Positions 10,707-21,670 are shown, counted from the first letter of the whole stretch. The stretch: DNA of 63,699 nucleotides, filler included, from 6 parts of 6 records of this genome joined end to end with filler, not necessarily neighbours in it; one strand, 5' to 3'. Made by a program: numbers and translations. Notes: generated by a model from the letters alone, not told the origin.

Positions 10707-10769
10707 GGCTTGGTCTTTTCAGTTCCCCGCGATAGGCTAAGCGCATTGTTTTGATCACGGAGATTTCCA

Positions 10770-11345
10770 ATGCGACTGACAGCAATCGCAGCCGCCGTAA
10801 CGCTGGCCATATCCCCTCTGCCCACCCTGGCCGATTCCCATGAAGATGAGATCATGGCGACCCTGCAATCGGCGATGGACGCCTATGGCGATGGTGACAT
10901 CCAATATGCGCTGGAAGAGCTGGCCTATGCGCAGCAACTGCTGAACGGGCTGGTGGCCGAGGGGCTACAAGGCTTCCTGCCGGCTGCAATGGACGGCTGG
11001 ACCATGACGATTGATCCTGACGCCGCGCAAGGTATGGGCTTTATCGGGGGTGGCACCATCGCACGCGGACAGTATTGCGGTGCCAGTGGCTGTTTCACGA
11101 TCACGCTGATGGCTGACAACCCGATGGTGACCTCGATGGGGGCAATGCTGGGGAACGCCCAGATGATGGCCGCCATGGGGCCGATCGTGCGGGTGAACCG
11201 GCAGAGCTTCCTCAATCAGGACGGCGATCTGTCGGCGCTGATCGGCAACCGGATCCTGGTGCAGGCCGAGGATGGCGACACCGATATCATGGTACAGCAT
11301 CTGGAGCAGATGGACTTCCGCGAGATGATGATGTTCGGGATGTAG
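10770..11345 (+). CDS. Secreted Met-rich hypothetical protein
   Basis: Signal peptide, GGAG RBS, acidic mature region with about 19 Met in 191 aa. Confidence 0.75.
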   Translation: MRLTAIAAAVTLAISPLPTLADSHEDEIMATLQSAMDAYGDGDIQYALEELAYAQQLLNGLVAEGLQGFLPAAMDGWTMTIDPDAAQGMGFIGGGTIARGQYCGASGCFTITLMADNPMVTSMGAMLGNAQMMAAMGPIVRVNRQSFLNQDGDLSALIGNRILVQAEDGDTDIMVQHLEQMDFREMMMFGM

Positions 11346-11355
11346 CCCGAGCCAA

Positions 11356-11378
11356 GGCACGACCCGGCGGGTCGTGCC
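11356..11378. terminator. Perfect hairpin between convergent genes (terminator or REP-like)
   Basis: GGCACGACCC-GGC-GGGTCGTGCC 10-bp stem; no T-tract. Confidence 0.5.
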
Positions 11379-11391
11379 ACCGCCCCCTGAA

Positions 11392-12411
11392 TCAGGGGGC
11401 AATCAGGACTTTGGCATCCTTGACAGACAGCGCCGCCGGAACTTTTTCCAGCGCCTCCCGCAGCGGCAGAACCGCTGACACATCCGTGTGCCACGCGCCG
11501 CTGACGAAGCGGCCCTGCACCTCACCCACGACGGCAGCCACCCGGTCTGGCGCGGTTTCGCGCAGCCAACTGGACAGCCAGAACCCCTCGATCCGCTTAC
11601 CCATGAAGATGAACTGACCCATCTGGTTCAGCATCGGCGGCGTCGTTGTCAGCCTGCCATAACACACCCAACGTGCCCCGCGCGGCATGGCAAAGAACAG
11701 ATCGGCAGCCACCTGATCGGCCACCGCATCCAGCAAGATGCGCGGACCGTGTTCGGCCATGACTGTCTTGGCCCTGTCTTCGAAATCGGGGGCGGAACTG
11801 ACCAGCACGTCGGTAGCGCCAAGGTCCAGCAGCGCCTTTGCCTGTTCGGCCCGGCGCACAACAGGGATGGCCGCGATGCCGTTATCCCTGGCCAGACCGA
11901 TCAGGAATTTCCCAAGCTGCGATCCGCCAGCGGTGAACACGAACGCCCCCGCCCCGTCTGCCCGCACGATATCGAACATCGCCATGGCGGTCATCGGGTT
12001 GACGATCAGCCCCGCCGCGTCCTCATCCCGCAGGTCGGGATGCAGGGGGATCATCATGCGTGCATCGGCCATCGCGTACTCTGCCCAGGTGCCCCAGCCC
12101 ATGCCGAAGAAGCTGACCCGCTGACCCAGAAGCGGCGTGTCGCCTGCCACCACCTCGCCCACGCCTTCGAACCCGGCAGGCATCCCCGCCTTGCGCGGCT
12201 GGCCATACTGACCGGACACGAACATCAGGTCCGAGGGGTTCACGGCAGCGCGGCGCATCTTGATCAGCGCCTGCCCCTCTTTGGGTTGCGGCACCGGCAG
12301 GGTTGTCAGTTCCACAAAAGGGGACAGATCGGTCGGCATGTCGCCGGACCCGCCGCTGGCATATCCGTCTTCGCGCAGCACAAGCGCGGTCATCGTTTCG
12401 GGCAGGGTCAT
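11392..12411 (-). CDS. MDR-family (quinone oxidoreductase / enoyl reductase-like) dehydrogenase
   Basis: AVNPSDL, GFEGVGEV, VNPMTAM, TAGGSQLG, IEGFWL. Confidence 0.88.
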   Translation of the reverse strand: MTLPETMTALVLREDGYASGGSGDMPTDLSPFVELTTLPVPQPKEGQALIKMRRAAVNPSDLMFVSGQYGQPRKAGMPAGFEGVGEVVAGDTPLLGQRVSFFGMGWGTWAEYAMADARMMIPLHPDLRDEDAAGLIVNPMTAMAMFDIVRADGAGAFVFTAGGSQLGKFLIGLARDNGIAAIPVVRRAEQAKALLDLGATDVLVSSAPDFEDRAKTVMAEHGPRILLDAVADQVAADLFFAMPRGARWVCYGRLTTTPPMLNQMGQFIFMGKRIEGFWLSSWLRETAPDRVAAVVGEVQGRFVSGAWHTDVSAVLPLREALEKVPAALSVKDAKVLIAP

Positions 12412-12471
12412 GGTGGCTCTCCTTCAAGGGCTGAACACCCTAGCTAGGGAAGCGCGTGGGGCCGGAAAAGG

Positions 12472-12510
12472 AAACCCCCGGCGTGACATTGCGTCAGCCG
12501 GGGGCATTTT
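12472..12510. terminator. Rho-independent terminator downstream of the atp F0 operon
   Basis: CCCCCGGC-GTGAC...GTCA-GCCGGGGG stem with flanking A/T runs. Confidence 0.65.
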
Positions 12511-12530
12511 CGTCGGACGGCGTCGCGTGC

Positions 12531-13085
12531 TTAGTGCAGGCGGGCCGAAACCTCTTCGATGGCACCGTCGATCAGCTTGTTCTGATCGGCAGCACTGGTC
12601 TTGGCGGCGATCACTTCCGCAGCGGCAGCCACGGCAATGCTGATGGCCCGGTCGCGCACTTCGCGCACGGCACCGTTTTCAGCCGATGCGATCTGGTCCT
12701 CTGCGGCTGCCAGACGGCGGGCAATCGAGGCTTTCAGATCGGCCTTGGCCTGCTCGGCGGCGGCTTGTGCCTCCTCGCGGGCCTGGGCCACGATGCGGTC
12801 GGACTGTTCGGCCACTTCGCGCTGCTTACGCTCATACGACGCAAGGATCGTCTGCGCCTCTTCCCGCAGGGCGCGGGCTTCGTCCAGCTCGTTGCGGATC
12901 TGTTCGGCCCGCTGGTCCAGAAGGCCCGTCAGGATGCCAGGCACCTTGAAGTAGACCAGAACCCCGATGAAGACGAGGAAGGCAATCAGCACCACGAAGT
13001 TGGTGTTGTAGAGCGAGAAGAACGGACCCGATGCCGCGACAGCAGGCGAGCCGATCAGTGCGAAAAGAACTGCAAGGCGTTTCAT
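12531..13085 (-). CDS. atpF: F0F1 ATP synthase subunit b
   Basis: N-terminal [24 protein letters not shown] coiled coil; order atpE-b'-b. Confidence 0.93.
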   Translation of the reverse strand: MKRLAVLFALIGSPAVAASGPFFSLYNTNFVVLIAFLVFIGVLVYFKVPGILTGLLDQRAEQIRNELDEARALREEAQTILASYERKQREVAEQSDRIVAQAREEAQAAAEQAKADLKASIARRLAAAEDQIASAENGAVREVRDRAISIAVAAAAEVIAAKTSAADQNKLIDGAIEEVSARLH

Positions 13086-13090
13086 GTCCC

Positions 13091-13618
13091 TTATCCTTTC
13101 ACACGTGCGGTAACAGCGGCCGCAATCGACGCATCGTCAGATGCTGTCGGCGCAAGGGCTGCCACGATCTCGGCTGCGGTATCACGGGCGACCGCGTCCA
13201 CGGCTTCCAGAGCACCGGCACGGATCTCGTCGATCCGGGCGGCGGATTCTGCTGCCTTTGCAGAAATCTCGGCATCGGCCTTGGCGGTAGCATCCGCAAG
13301 GTCCGCCATGATCTCGGCGCGGGTTTCCGCTGCGATGGCCTGCGCTTCCGCACGAGCGTCGGCGAGGGCCTTGTTATAGGCGTCCTCGGCGGCGGCGGCC
13401 TGACGCTTCAGGTCTTCGGCAGCAGCGATATCATTCGTTATGGTTCCCTGACGCTCGGCCAGAACAGCCCCGATCCGGGGCAGAGCGACGCGAGACAGGA
13501 TCAGGTAGATCACCACGATGGTGACCACGAGCCAGAAGATCTGGTTCGGGAAAGTAGAAAAGTCTAGCTGCGGCATTCCGGGTGCGGAAGCGGCGGCGTC
13601 TGTTGCGTCAACGGCCAT
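13091..13618 (-). CDS. F0F1 ATP synthase subunit b' (AtpG/AtpX in alphaproteobacterial nomenclature)
   Basis: [17 protein letters not shown] signature followed by an Ala-rich coiled coil. Confidence 0.93.
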   Translation of the reverse strand: MAVDATDAAASAPGMPQLDFSTFPNQIFWLVVTIVVIYLILSRVALPRIGAVLAERQGTITNDIAAAEDLKRQAAAAEDAYNKALADARAEAQAIAAETRAEIMADLADATAKADAEISAKAAESAARIDEIRAGALEAVDAVARDTAAEIVAALAPTASDDASIAAAVTARVKG

Positions 13619-13700
13619 CTTGTCCTCCGAGGAACCTGGTTACACCGGACCGCTCGCACGCATGGCAAGCGGCCCGGCCGTAAGGATGGTTCGCGAAAGC

Positions 13701-13887
13701 TTAGACGGCGAACATCAGCAGCAGAGCGACGAGGAATGCGAAGATCCCCAGTGCTTCTGCGAATGCGATGCCGATGAAGAGCGTTGCGGTCTGGCCGGCT
13801 GCTGCCGACGGGTTGCGCAGTGCGCCGGACAGGAAGTTGCCTGCCACGTGACCCACACCGATTGCGGCTGCGCCGGAACCGATTGCT
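13701..13887 (-). CDS. atpE: F0F1 ATP synthase subunit c (5' truncated; absent from ORF track)
   Basis: Hand translation [61 protein letters not shown]. Confidence 0.95.
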
Positions 13888-13987
13888 NNNNNNNNNNNNN
13901 NNNNNNNNNNNNNNNNNNNNNNNNNNNNNNNTTAATTAATTAANNNNNNNNNNNNNNNNNNNNNNNNNNNNNNNNNNNNNNNNNNNN
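13888..13987. other. Artificial contig spacer
   Basis: N-run + TTAATTAATTAA + N-run. Confidence 0.98.
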
Positions 13988-14447
13988 TGTCCCAATACAT
14001 GCTGCCCAGATCCTCGGTGAAACATTTGGCGAGGCCGTAAAACGTATCGGGCCGGTGCGGCGCATCAATACCGATAAAGTCTGCCTTCTTGTGCATCCCA
14101 ACTGCATGGATGGACGAGGCATAAACGATCCGGCGCACGCCCTGCTGATACCCCGCCTCCCAGATGTTGTAGGAGCCGACAAAGTTCGGGCCAAGCAGTT
14201 CCTCAAAGGGTTTCTCGTCAACGATTGCGCCAAAATGTACAACCATTTCAGCATCTTCCAAGACCGGATAGATCGCATCATAACTGGCAAGATCGGCCTG
14301 CACATAGGTCTCATTCGCGTATAGTTTGCCCAGATCATCGGTAATATCGGTGCTGACCAAAGTCTCGCACATCTGGCTCAGTGGTTCGCGCAGGTAAGAG
14401 CCAAGCCGCCCCGCGGCACCGGTGAGAACGATTTTCTTGAGCTTCAT
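13988..14447 (-). CDS. NAD-dependent epimerase/dehydratase, uronate dehydrogenase-like (truncated)
   Basis: LTGAAGRLG, YASSIHAVG, RPDTFYGLAK. Confidence 0.85.
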
Positions 14448-14489
14448 GAGATGTCCTTTCGAATGGTGTGAACCTTCGGCAATCAGCGC

Positions 14490-15101
14490 CTAGGCCGCAA
14501 ACGGTTTGTCCAATGCCCGTGCAACCATGTCCAGCCGGTCCTGACCATAAAACATGTCGCCGCCGACAAAATAGGTGGGTGAGCCGAAGACGTTTCTCGC
14601 AATCGCCTCCTGGGTGTTGGCATTGTGCTGTGTTTGCACCGCGTCTGTTTCGGCGGCCAGCAACAGGGCACTTCCGTCCAAATCAACCGCTTGTGCGATG
14701 GCGTTCAAGGTGGCGCGATCCGCAATATCCGCATCGTCCCGCCAATGGGCCTGCAAAATTGCTTGGCTCAGGGCTGCGGCATCGGCGCCGCTGGCGATGA
14801 TCATACCATTGGCCAAATGCAACGGATTGTCATGAAATGTAGGCCGGTGGCGGATCATAGGCAGTCCGCGCCACTCGGCCCAACGCACCATTTCGCGCCC
14901 GAAAAAATAGTCCACATGGGCCTGCGTCCGGTCTTTGAACCGCCTGCCGCCCGCCGCATCCATCACCGGCATGAAATCGAACGGACGATGCTGCACCTGC
15001 GCGCCTGCGGCCTTTGCAATGCGCTCCAACTCCCATGCGCCGAGATAGGCATAGGCGGAATGCGCGGAATAGAAATATTCGATAATCGGTTTGGCGGTCA
15101 T
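14490..15101 (-). CDS. 2-hydroxychromene-2-carboxylate isomerase / DsbA (GST-kappa) family protein
   Basis: IEYFYSAHSAYAYLG; VFGSPTYFVGGDMFYGQDRL. Confidence 0.9.
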   Translation of the reverse strand: MTAKPIIEYFYSAHSAYAYLGAWELERIAKAAGAQVQHRPFDFMPVMDAAGGRRFKDRTQAHVDYFFGREMVRWAEWRGLPMIRHRPTFHDNPLHLANGMIIASGADAAALSQAILQAHWRDDADIADRATLNAIAQAVDLDGSALLLAAETDAVQTQHNANTQEAIARNVFGSPTYFVGGDMFYGQDRLDMVARALDKPFAA

Positions 15102-15322
15102 GTGTGCTGTCCTGCTTGCTGATGCGCGGCATGGTGCAACCTAATCAGGTCTGCCCGCCAGAGGAAAGCCCGCCCGATCAATGGCCTGAACAGGCGCGAC
15201 TGTGGGTTGATCACGCTAGGGAGGGCAAAAAAATCCAACTATTTTGAAACTGCCTGACGGTTTGCTCCGTATTTTCAATACAGGTCGCCAATGTGGCGGC
15301 GTTTTTGGAGGTAACGACTAAG

Positions 15323-15868
15323 ATGTTTAACAAAATTGCAATGACCGCAGCAGCAGCCCTGATGGCAACCGCATCCTTCGCAGCCAACCCAGACGTGGGC
15401 GGCGCCGCGATGTTCGAGCAAAAGACCATTGTTGAGAACGCGGCGAACTCTGCCGATCACACCACACTTGTGGCCGCTGTTCAGGCCGCTGGCCTTGTCG
15501 ACACGCTGAATTCCGAAGGGCCATTCACCGTGTTTGCACCCGTCAATTCCGCCTTTGAGGTGCTGCCCGCCGGGACCGTTGAAACCCTGCTAAAGCCAGA
15601 AAACAAAGACATGCTGGTCAAGGTTCTGACCGCTCATGTGGTGCCGGGCGATTGGTCCGCTGCAACCATCGCGGCCAAGGCCAAAGCCTCGCACGACGGG
15701 TTCTATCACTTCAACGCGGCCTCAGGTGACGCGCTGTCCGCACAGGTGCGCGGCGGCAATGTCTATATCTACGACGAAAGCGGCAACGCGGCCAAAGTCA
15801 CCATCGCAGACGTCAAGCAATCCAACGGTGTGATCCATGTGGTCGATGCCGTCCTGGTGCCGAAGTAA
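15323..15868 (+). CDS. Fasciclin (FAS1) domain secreted protein
   Basis: Signal peptide; TLVAAVQAAGL, GPFTVFAPVN, SNGVIHVVDAVL; GGAGG RBS before ATG at 15323. Confidence 0.93.
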   Translation: MFNKIAMTAAAALMATASFAANPDVGGAAMFEQKTIVENAANSADHTTLVAAVQAAGLVDTLNSEGPFTVFAPVNSAFEVLPAGTVETLLKPENKDMLVKVLTAHVVPGDWSAATIAAKAKASHDGFYHFNAASGDALSAQVRGGNVYIYDESGNAAKVTIADVKQSNGVIHVVDAVLVPK

Positions 15869-15910
15869 CCAGTGCTGCAAGTGACCACCACACTTGTTTG
15901 ATTGGTGCCA

Positions 15911-15950
15911 CCGGACCGATGTGCCCTGCATGTCGGTCCGGCGTGTTTTT
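15911..15950 (+). terminator. Probable Rho-independent terminator after the fasciclin gene
   Basis: CCGGACCGA...TCGGTCCGG stem followed by GTGTTTTT. Confidence 0.6.
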
Positions 15951-16054
15951 GCGGCATCCGCGGCTGCACCACTTGATTATGAGCGACACAGCATTTTGCC
16001 CAACAGGTCGTTTTCTGTGTTGAGAAAATGCAGCACCGGGCGCATGCTGGCGAT

Positions 16055-17035
16055 ATGAAAGCCCCCCTGATCGATAACCTGCAATACGCCAATTTCTCCC
16101 CCGCGATCTTTGAACAGATGCGGCAGGGCGGCGTGGATGCAGTGCATGTGACCATCGCCTATCACGAAAACTTCCGTGAAATGGTGCTGAACCTTGAACG
16201 CTGGAACCGCTGGTTCGAGGACCATCCCGATTTGATTTTCAAAGGCACAAGCGCCGCCGATGTGGAGCTGGCCCAACAAACCGGACGCACCGCGATCTTT
16301 TTCGGCTTTCAAAACCCAAGCCCCATCGAAGATGACATTGGCCTGGTCGAGATTTGCCATCAGCTTGGCATTCGCTTTATGCAGCTGACCTATAACAACC
16401 AATCCCTGCTCGCCACGGGGTGTTATGAGGATGACGACACCGGCCTGACCCGCATGGGCCGCGAAGTGGTGGCCGAGATGAACCGCGTTGGCATGGTTGT
16501 GGACATGTCCCATTCCGCAGACCGCTCCACGCTCGAAGCCATCGAACATTCCACCCGCCCGATTGCCATCACCCATGCCAACCCGCATTGGTGGCACGCC
16601 GCACTGCGCAACAAATCGGATGAGGTGCTCAAAGCCTTGACCGGGGCAGGGGGTATGCTTGGCTTTTCAATCTATCCCCACCACCTTGCAGGCGGCTCTG
16701 ATTGTACGCTTGAGAGCTTCTGCACCATGATCGCAGAGGCGGCAGACCGATACGGTGCGCAGAACCTCGGTATTGGCACGGACCTTTGCCAGGACCAGCC
16801 CGATAGCATCGTCACATGGATGCGCGTAGGCCGCTGGACCAAGGGCATCGACTATGGCGAAGGATCCGCCAGCAACGCAGGTTTCCCCCCAATGCCAGGC
16901 TGGTTCAACGACAACCGCGATTTTGGAAACATTCGCAAAGGTCTGACGGATGCTGGGCTGAGCGTTGCCGAGGTTGACGGGATCATGGGCGGCAATTGGG
17001 CGCGGTTCTACGCCAAGAGCTTTGGTCCGGCATGA
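16055..17035 (+). CDS. Membrane dipeptidase (peptidase M19 / amidohydrolase) family protein
   Basis: MQLTYN, VVDMSH, ITHAN, RNKSD, GIGTD; the N-terminal HxD metal motif is replaced by IDNLQY and the usual E by FQN; start could be 16028. Confidence 0.85.
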   Translation: MKAPLIDNLQYANFSPAIFEQMRQGGVDAVHVTIAYHENFREMVLNLERWNRWFEDHPDLIFKGTSAADVELAQQTGRTAIFFGFQNPSPIEDDIGLVEICHQLGIRFMQLTYNNQSLLATGCYEDDDTGLTRMGREVVAEMNRVGMVVDMSHSADRSTLEAIEHSTRPIAITHANPHWWHAALRNKSDEVLKALTGAGGMLGFSIYPHHLAGGSDCTLESFCTMIAEAADRYGAQNLGIGTDLCQDQPDSIVTWMRVGRWTKGIDYGEGSASNAGFPPMPGWFNDNRDFGNIRKGLTDAGLSVAEVDGIMGGNWARFYAKSFGPA

Positions 17036-18675
17036 AGGACGAAGTGATCCCACCACATGTGCCCCTGCGCCCGCCGGATGAGGTGATGCGTCTGGCGCGG
17101 ATGGGGTCCATGTTTCCCACGCGCCTGTCGTTCCTGCGCAGCATGATCCGGCGGCTGGCACGGGAAAACGCCCAAATCACCCGCCCGGTCTGGAACATGG
17201 ATGCGGGGGGCTTTGGCCATGCGGTCTACTCGCTGCGCTTTGGCGGCCATGAATATTCCTTGGTGGCGATCTCCACCGATCTGCCGCCTGAGCTGCGCAC
17301 TGACCGCGTGATCGCCACCGCATGGGACAGCGCCTATGTTCTTTATGACGGGGTGCCGGACGCAGAGGAAATCGCCCGCATCGCCGCCGCCGCCCCCAAA
17401 CAGGAGGCAGCCCGTTTTACCGAACGCGATCTGGTCCTGAGCCGCGCCAACAAATCTGTGCGCCTGTTTGCCCATGTGGTGCAAGCCTTGCAAGACGGAC
17501 GGCAACCGGATGAAAAGATGATCCGCGACGTGGGTTATCTGATGCGCACCACGGCGGTTTATGGCAACGGCAAGTTCGGCATTGCCGACCGCGCATTGAT
17601 CGCGGATCGTCCCGGCCTAGAAGGGCCGTTCGCCGCCGAAATGCTCACGGTCTGGCTGATCCGGCATTTCACCCACGATCTGGTTGAACATGTGGGCGGC
17701 GGCCAACTGGACCGCCAGATCAAACGTCACTTGGGCATCGGCAATTCCACCGGCTTGGGCATGGCACCCTTTCTGGTGACCCATCCGGTGCTGCTGAACA
17801 ACTGGATGATGGCGCGTGAGACTGCTTTGGCGCGGGTCCGCGCTCTCGAAACATTGACCAAGGCCCAGCAAGACCGCCTCACGGAGCTGTCCCATCGGGC
17901 GGCCAAACATCTGGCGGAATGGGATGTGCCTGATCCAACCCATCAGGCTCGCATCGTCACGCTGCGGGCCGACTGGCAGTTGGTTCTGTCAGATCTGAAC
18001 TTTGACGGCACGCGCCCGCTGGACAAAGCCATGGAACAGGCCGCCAGCTACAGCTTCGATGTGCAGGAACTGATGGCGGCGCTGGTGATCGAACCCTTTG
18101 GAGAGCTGGTCGATGGTCTGTGCGATTGTATGGCCGACCCGCAAGGCCCGTTTTGCCCGCCGCTCACCGGCACAGAGGCCTTGCGTGCCCACATCCGTGA
18201 CCATTTCAACTGGGCGCTTGTGCCGGATTATGACGCAGAGACCGGTTGCGGCCAGTTCTGGTATGTGTCTGAAGCGAAACAGGAACCCCGCCTCGGAATG
18301 CGGTTTTCTGAGCCCGGCGCAGAACTGGAAAGCCCGCTGGACATCGGACGCCAGATCAAAGCGCTGCACGCCGCCCTACCAAAGCAAAACCAGCCGGTTT
18401 CCGCCTTTCTGGCCGCGTTTCCCCAGCACGCCATGGCGGTAGACCGGGTGCAACTGGGCGCGGTGCATCCCTATGCCGAGATCCGCGACAATCTGATCGC
18501 GACCTCCTGCCTGCCCATCGACATGCTGCGCTGCAAACTGTCGTTCTTTGGCGCGTCGAAGTTTGACCCGAAATCGGATCGCTGGACCCGGATCACCCTC
18601 TGCCAAGGTGCGCCGCTCGCGGATGAATTGAATGCAGTTGCCGATGATTGGTGGCTGCCGGTGTTTGCCCCGTGA
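17032..18675 (+). CDS. Hypothetical protein (547 aa) in the dipeptidase operon
   Basis: ATGA overlap with the dipeptidase; enzyme-like blocks LSRANKSVR, GYLMRTTAVYGNGKFG, GIGNSTGLGMAPF, FWYVSEAKQEPR. Confidence 0.85.
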   Translation: MKDEVIPPHVPLRPPDEVMRLARMGSMFPTRLSFLRSMIRRLARENAQITRPVWNMDAGGFGHAVYSLRFGGHEYSLVAISTDLPPELRTDRVIATAWDSAYVLYDGVPDAEEIARIAAAAPKQEAARFTERDLVLSRANKSVRLFAHVVQALQDGRQPDEKMIRDVGYLMRTTAVYGNGKFGIADRALIADRPGLEGPFAAEMLTVWLIRHFTHDLVEHVGGGQLDRQIKRHLGIGNSTGLGMAPFLVTHPVLLNNWMMARETALARVRALETLTKAQQDRLTELSHRAAKHLAEWDVPDPTHQARIVTLRADWQLVLSDLNFDGTRPLDKAMEQAASYSFDVQELMAALVIEPFGELVDGLCDCMADPQGPFCPPLTGTEALRAHIRDHFNWALVPDYDAETGCGQFWYVSEAKQEPRLGMRFSEPGAELESPLDIGRQIKALHAALPKQNQPVSAFLAAFPQHAMAVDRVQLGAVHPYAEIRDNLIATSCLPIDMLRCKLSFFGASKFDPKSDRWTRITLCQGAPLADELNAVADDWWLPVFAP

Positions 18676-19163
18676 TCGGCTCCGCAAACGAAGTGATGAA
18701 CCTCGCTGCAAAAGCGGCGCGCGGCGGCGGCGCCCCGGTGGCACAAGCCTATGCCTTTGGCCGCGCGGCAACCTGCCATCTCATCGCAGACCGGCCTGCG
18801 GCGGATCTGGACGCAGCCCTTGATGCCCTGCCAACGGGTCCGATCCTCGATCTTCCCCTGCTGCTGATGGCCTGCGCCGAAACCCGGCAGCCTGAGGCGA
18901 CGATCCCCGCCGGATCACTGCCGGACCTCACGCTGAGCTATGCCCAAAGCCAGCCGTTCGCCTGCACCGCGACACCGTCGGGCAGCCACATCACCCTATC
19001 GCAAGCCTTCGATAAGCCGGCAAACCAATTGCCCGTCAAACGCGTCATGCTGCCCGATGCGCTGGCCGCCAGACTGCAGACCCTTGCCGCAGGCCTTCTG
19101 GTCCCCGAAACCGAAGCCTCCCGCCGCGCTGGTGCAGGCGCGGGCCTCACCGACAACGACTGA
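18672..19163 (+). CDS. DUF3726-like protein
   Basis: GTGA overlap; N-terminal SANEVMNLAAKAARGGG and C-terminal ETEASRRAGAGAGLTDND resemble DUF3726. Confidence 0.72.
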   Translation: MIGSANEVMNLAAKAARGGGAPVAQAYAFGRAATCHLIADRPAADLDAALDALPTGPILDLPLLLMACAETRQPEATIPAGSLPDLTLSYAQSQPFACTATPSGSHITLSQAFDKPANQLPVKRVMLPDALAARLQTLAAGLLVPETEASRRAGAGAGLTDND

Positions 19164-19255
19164 TCTGCCCTTTTTGGCCCCAAATATTCTTGGGGGGTTT
19201 GGGGGGCAAACAGCCCCCCATCATCAAAATAGAATGCGGCGCAGCCGCGCATGTG

Positions 19256-21670
19256 TCAGGTCCCGCGCGGCTTGGCTCGCAGGGTCGGATCGGCCACTGT
19301 GGGGTCTTCGGGCCATGGATGGCGCGGATACCGCCCGCGCATATCCTTGCGCACATCCAGATAGGAACTGACCCAGAACCCCGGTAAATCTGTCGTCACC
19401 TGCACAGGGCGCTGGGCGGGCGACAAGAGAGTGATCTGCAAAGGCTGCCCGGCGATCTGCGGATGCCGTGTGACGCCAAAAACCTCCTGTAAACGCAGCG
19501 AAATCTGCGGCTGCGCCCCGGTGTAATCAATCGGAACCTTGCGGCCCAGCGGCGTTTCGAAATGTGCCGGGGCAGCGCGGTCAAGCGCTTGGGTCTGGTC
19601 CCAATCCAAACGCCCACGCAGGGCTGGCAACAGATCAAACCCCTTCCAATCCCCGCCGCTACGCACCCCTGTCAGATGCGGCAACAGCCACTCCTCCAAC
19701 GTCTCCAGCAAATGCGCTTCGGAGAAATCTGGAAATTCATCGCCCATCAATGCCGCACGCGACAGAAACCGCTGGGCCGCGGCGGACGGCAAGAGCCCAA
19801 GCTGTCGCACACCGTCCAGCATCGCCAGCGCCACAGCCTCGGGCGGGGCATCCGGCCAATTGCGATCTTCCAGAACCAGCGCGCCAAACCGTTCCTGCTG
19901 GCGCGTCAACACACGGTTTTCGCGCCGCGACCAGATGCAGACATCCTGCCATTGGATTTGATCTGCAAAGACCGACCGCAGTTCGGCCTCGCTGATCCGG
20001 GCGGCTTGCCGGACCCTGGCCTCGCGCGGATCACCATCCAGATCGGTGGCCACGATCAAACGCTCCCCCGCCATCGCATCACCTTGCGGCATCACCGCGC
20101 CCTTGCCGCCAGACAGCACATACCGCGGCGCGCCACCTTTTCGGCGCAGGCCAATGCGATCTGGATAGGCTAGTGCCGCCAGAACCCCAATGTCGTCAGA
20201 GCCGTGCCCGTCTTGCCCTTTGGCCAGCCGCTTGGCCTCTTGCCGGATCCGGGCCAGCGTTGGCGCATGGGCTTGCGCCGCGCCGCCTTGGCCGCGAATG
20301 GCCGCCATGCGCAACGACAGATCAACGCCAGCGCCGCGCAGCGGATCACGTTCCGCCAGCAGCGCCGCCAAAGTAGGGGCAAGCCGGCCGCCCTTGGCCA
20401 CCATATGCGCCAGCCGGGGATGCAGCGGCAGCCGCGCCAAGGCCCGCCCATGCGCGGTGATCCGGCCCTGCGCATCCAAAGCCTCAAGCATGCGCAACAC
20501 ATTCTGCGCCTCGGCCAGACGCCCCTCATGGGGCGGCGTGACAAAGGCCAGCTCATCCGCTTGCGCCCCCCAAAGCGCCAGTTCAAGCGCAAATCCGGTC
20601 AGATCTCCCGCCTCGATCTCCGCAGGCGGGTAGGCGGCCAATGCCCCTTCTTCGCCCTTGGTCCACAGCTTGTAGGCCACCCCTTCTGACAGGCGCCCCG
20701 CGCGGCCCGCCCGTTGCTCGGCCTCGGCGCGGGTGACTTTTTCCGTGACCAGCCGCGACATGCCAGAGGCCGCATCAAACCGCGCCCGCCGCGCCCGCCC
20801 GCCATCCACGACGATGGTGATGCCTTCAATGGTCAGAGAGGTTTCCGCAATTGACGTGGCCAAAACCACCTTGCGCCCACTTTGCGCCGGGCGGATCGCG
20901 GCCCGTTGCGCTTTGAAATCCATTGCCCCGAACAGCGGCGCGATGGCGCACCCTTCTGGCACCTGCGCTGCCAGCAGGCTTTCAACTCGCCGAATCTCGC
21001 CTTCCCCCGGCAGGAACACCAGCGCCGATCCCTCCGCCTCCGCCAGCGCGGTCAGAACCAGATCAGCGACCGCATTCTCAAAGCGCTCTTTGCCAATCGG
21101 GCGAGACAACCAGCGCGGCTCAACAGGAAACGACCGCCCCTCGGATGTGACAATCGGCGCCTGCATCAGCTCGGCCACCGGGGCGGCGTCCAGGGTTGCG
21201 GACATGGCCACCAACAACAGATCGTCGCGCAGCGCTCCGGCCACCTCAAGGCACAGGGCCAGCCCCAGATCGGCATTCAGGGACCGTTCGTGAAATTCGT
21301 CAAAGATCACCGCGCCAACGCCCGGCAAATCAGGATCGCCCTGCAACATGCGGGTCAAAATACCCTCGGTCACCACTTCGATGCGGGTCTCCTTGCTGAT
21401 CGCCGAAGCACCGCGCACGCGGTAGCCAACGGTCTGTCCGACCTCTTGCCCCAAAGTGGCCGCCATCCGCTCCGCCGCGGCGCGCGCGGCAAGGCGGCGC
21501 GGCTCCAGCATCAGGATGCGCCCTTCGGTCAGATCTGCCTCCAGCATGGCCAGTGGTACGCGGGTGGTTTTGCCTGCACCGGGCGGCGCTTGTAACACCG
21601 CGCGGCCGGTGCTGCGCAGGGCGGCAATGACCTGCGGCAATACGTCGTCGATGGGCAAAGCAAATGACAT
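19256..21670 (-). CDS. hrpB: ATP-dependent DEAH RNA helicase HrpB
   Basis: [40 protein letters not shown]-terminal [13 protein letters not shown]. Confidence 0.96.
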   Translation of the reverse strand: MSFALPIDDVLPQVIAALRSTGRAVLQAPPGAGKTTRVPLAMLEADLTEGRILMLEPRRLAARAAAERMAATLGQEVGQTVGYRVRGASAISKETRIEVVTEGILTRMLQGDPDLPGVGAVIFDEFHERSLNADLGLALCLEVAGALRDDLLLVAMSATLDAAPVAELMQAPIVTSEGRSFPVEPRWLSRPIGKERFENAVADLVLTALAEAEGSALVFLPGEGEIRRVESLLAAQVPEGCAIAPLFGAMDFKAQRAAIRPAQSGRKVVLATSIAETSLTIEGITIVVDGGRARRARFDAASGMSRLVTEKVTRAEAEQRAGRAGRLSEGVAYKLWTKGEEGALAAYPPAEIEAGDLTGFALELALWGAQADELAFVTPPHEGRLAEAQNVLRMLEALDAQGRITAHGRALARLPLHPRLAHMVAKGGRLAPTLAALLAERDPLRGAGVDLSLRMAAIRGQGGAAQAHAPTLARIRQEAKRLAKGQDGHGSDDIGVLAALAYPDRIGLRRKGGAPRYVLSGGKGAVMPQGDAMAGERLIVATDLDGDPREARVRQAARISEAELRSVFADQIQWQDVCIWSRRENRVLTRQQERFGALVLEDRNWPDAPPEAVALAMLDGVRQLGLLPSAAAQRFLSRAALMGDEFPDFSEAHLLETLEEWLLPHLTGVRSGGDWKGFDLLPALRGRLDWDQTQALDRAAPAHFETPLGRKVPIDYTGAQPQISLRLQEVFGVTRHPQIAGQPLQITLLSPAQRPVQVTTDLPGFWVSSYLDVRKDMRGRYPRHPWPEDPTVADPTLRAKPRGT

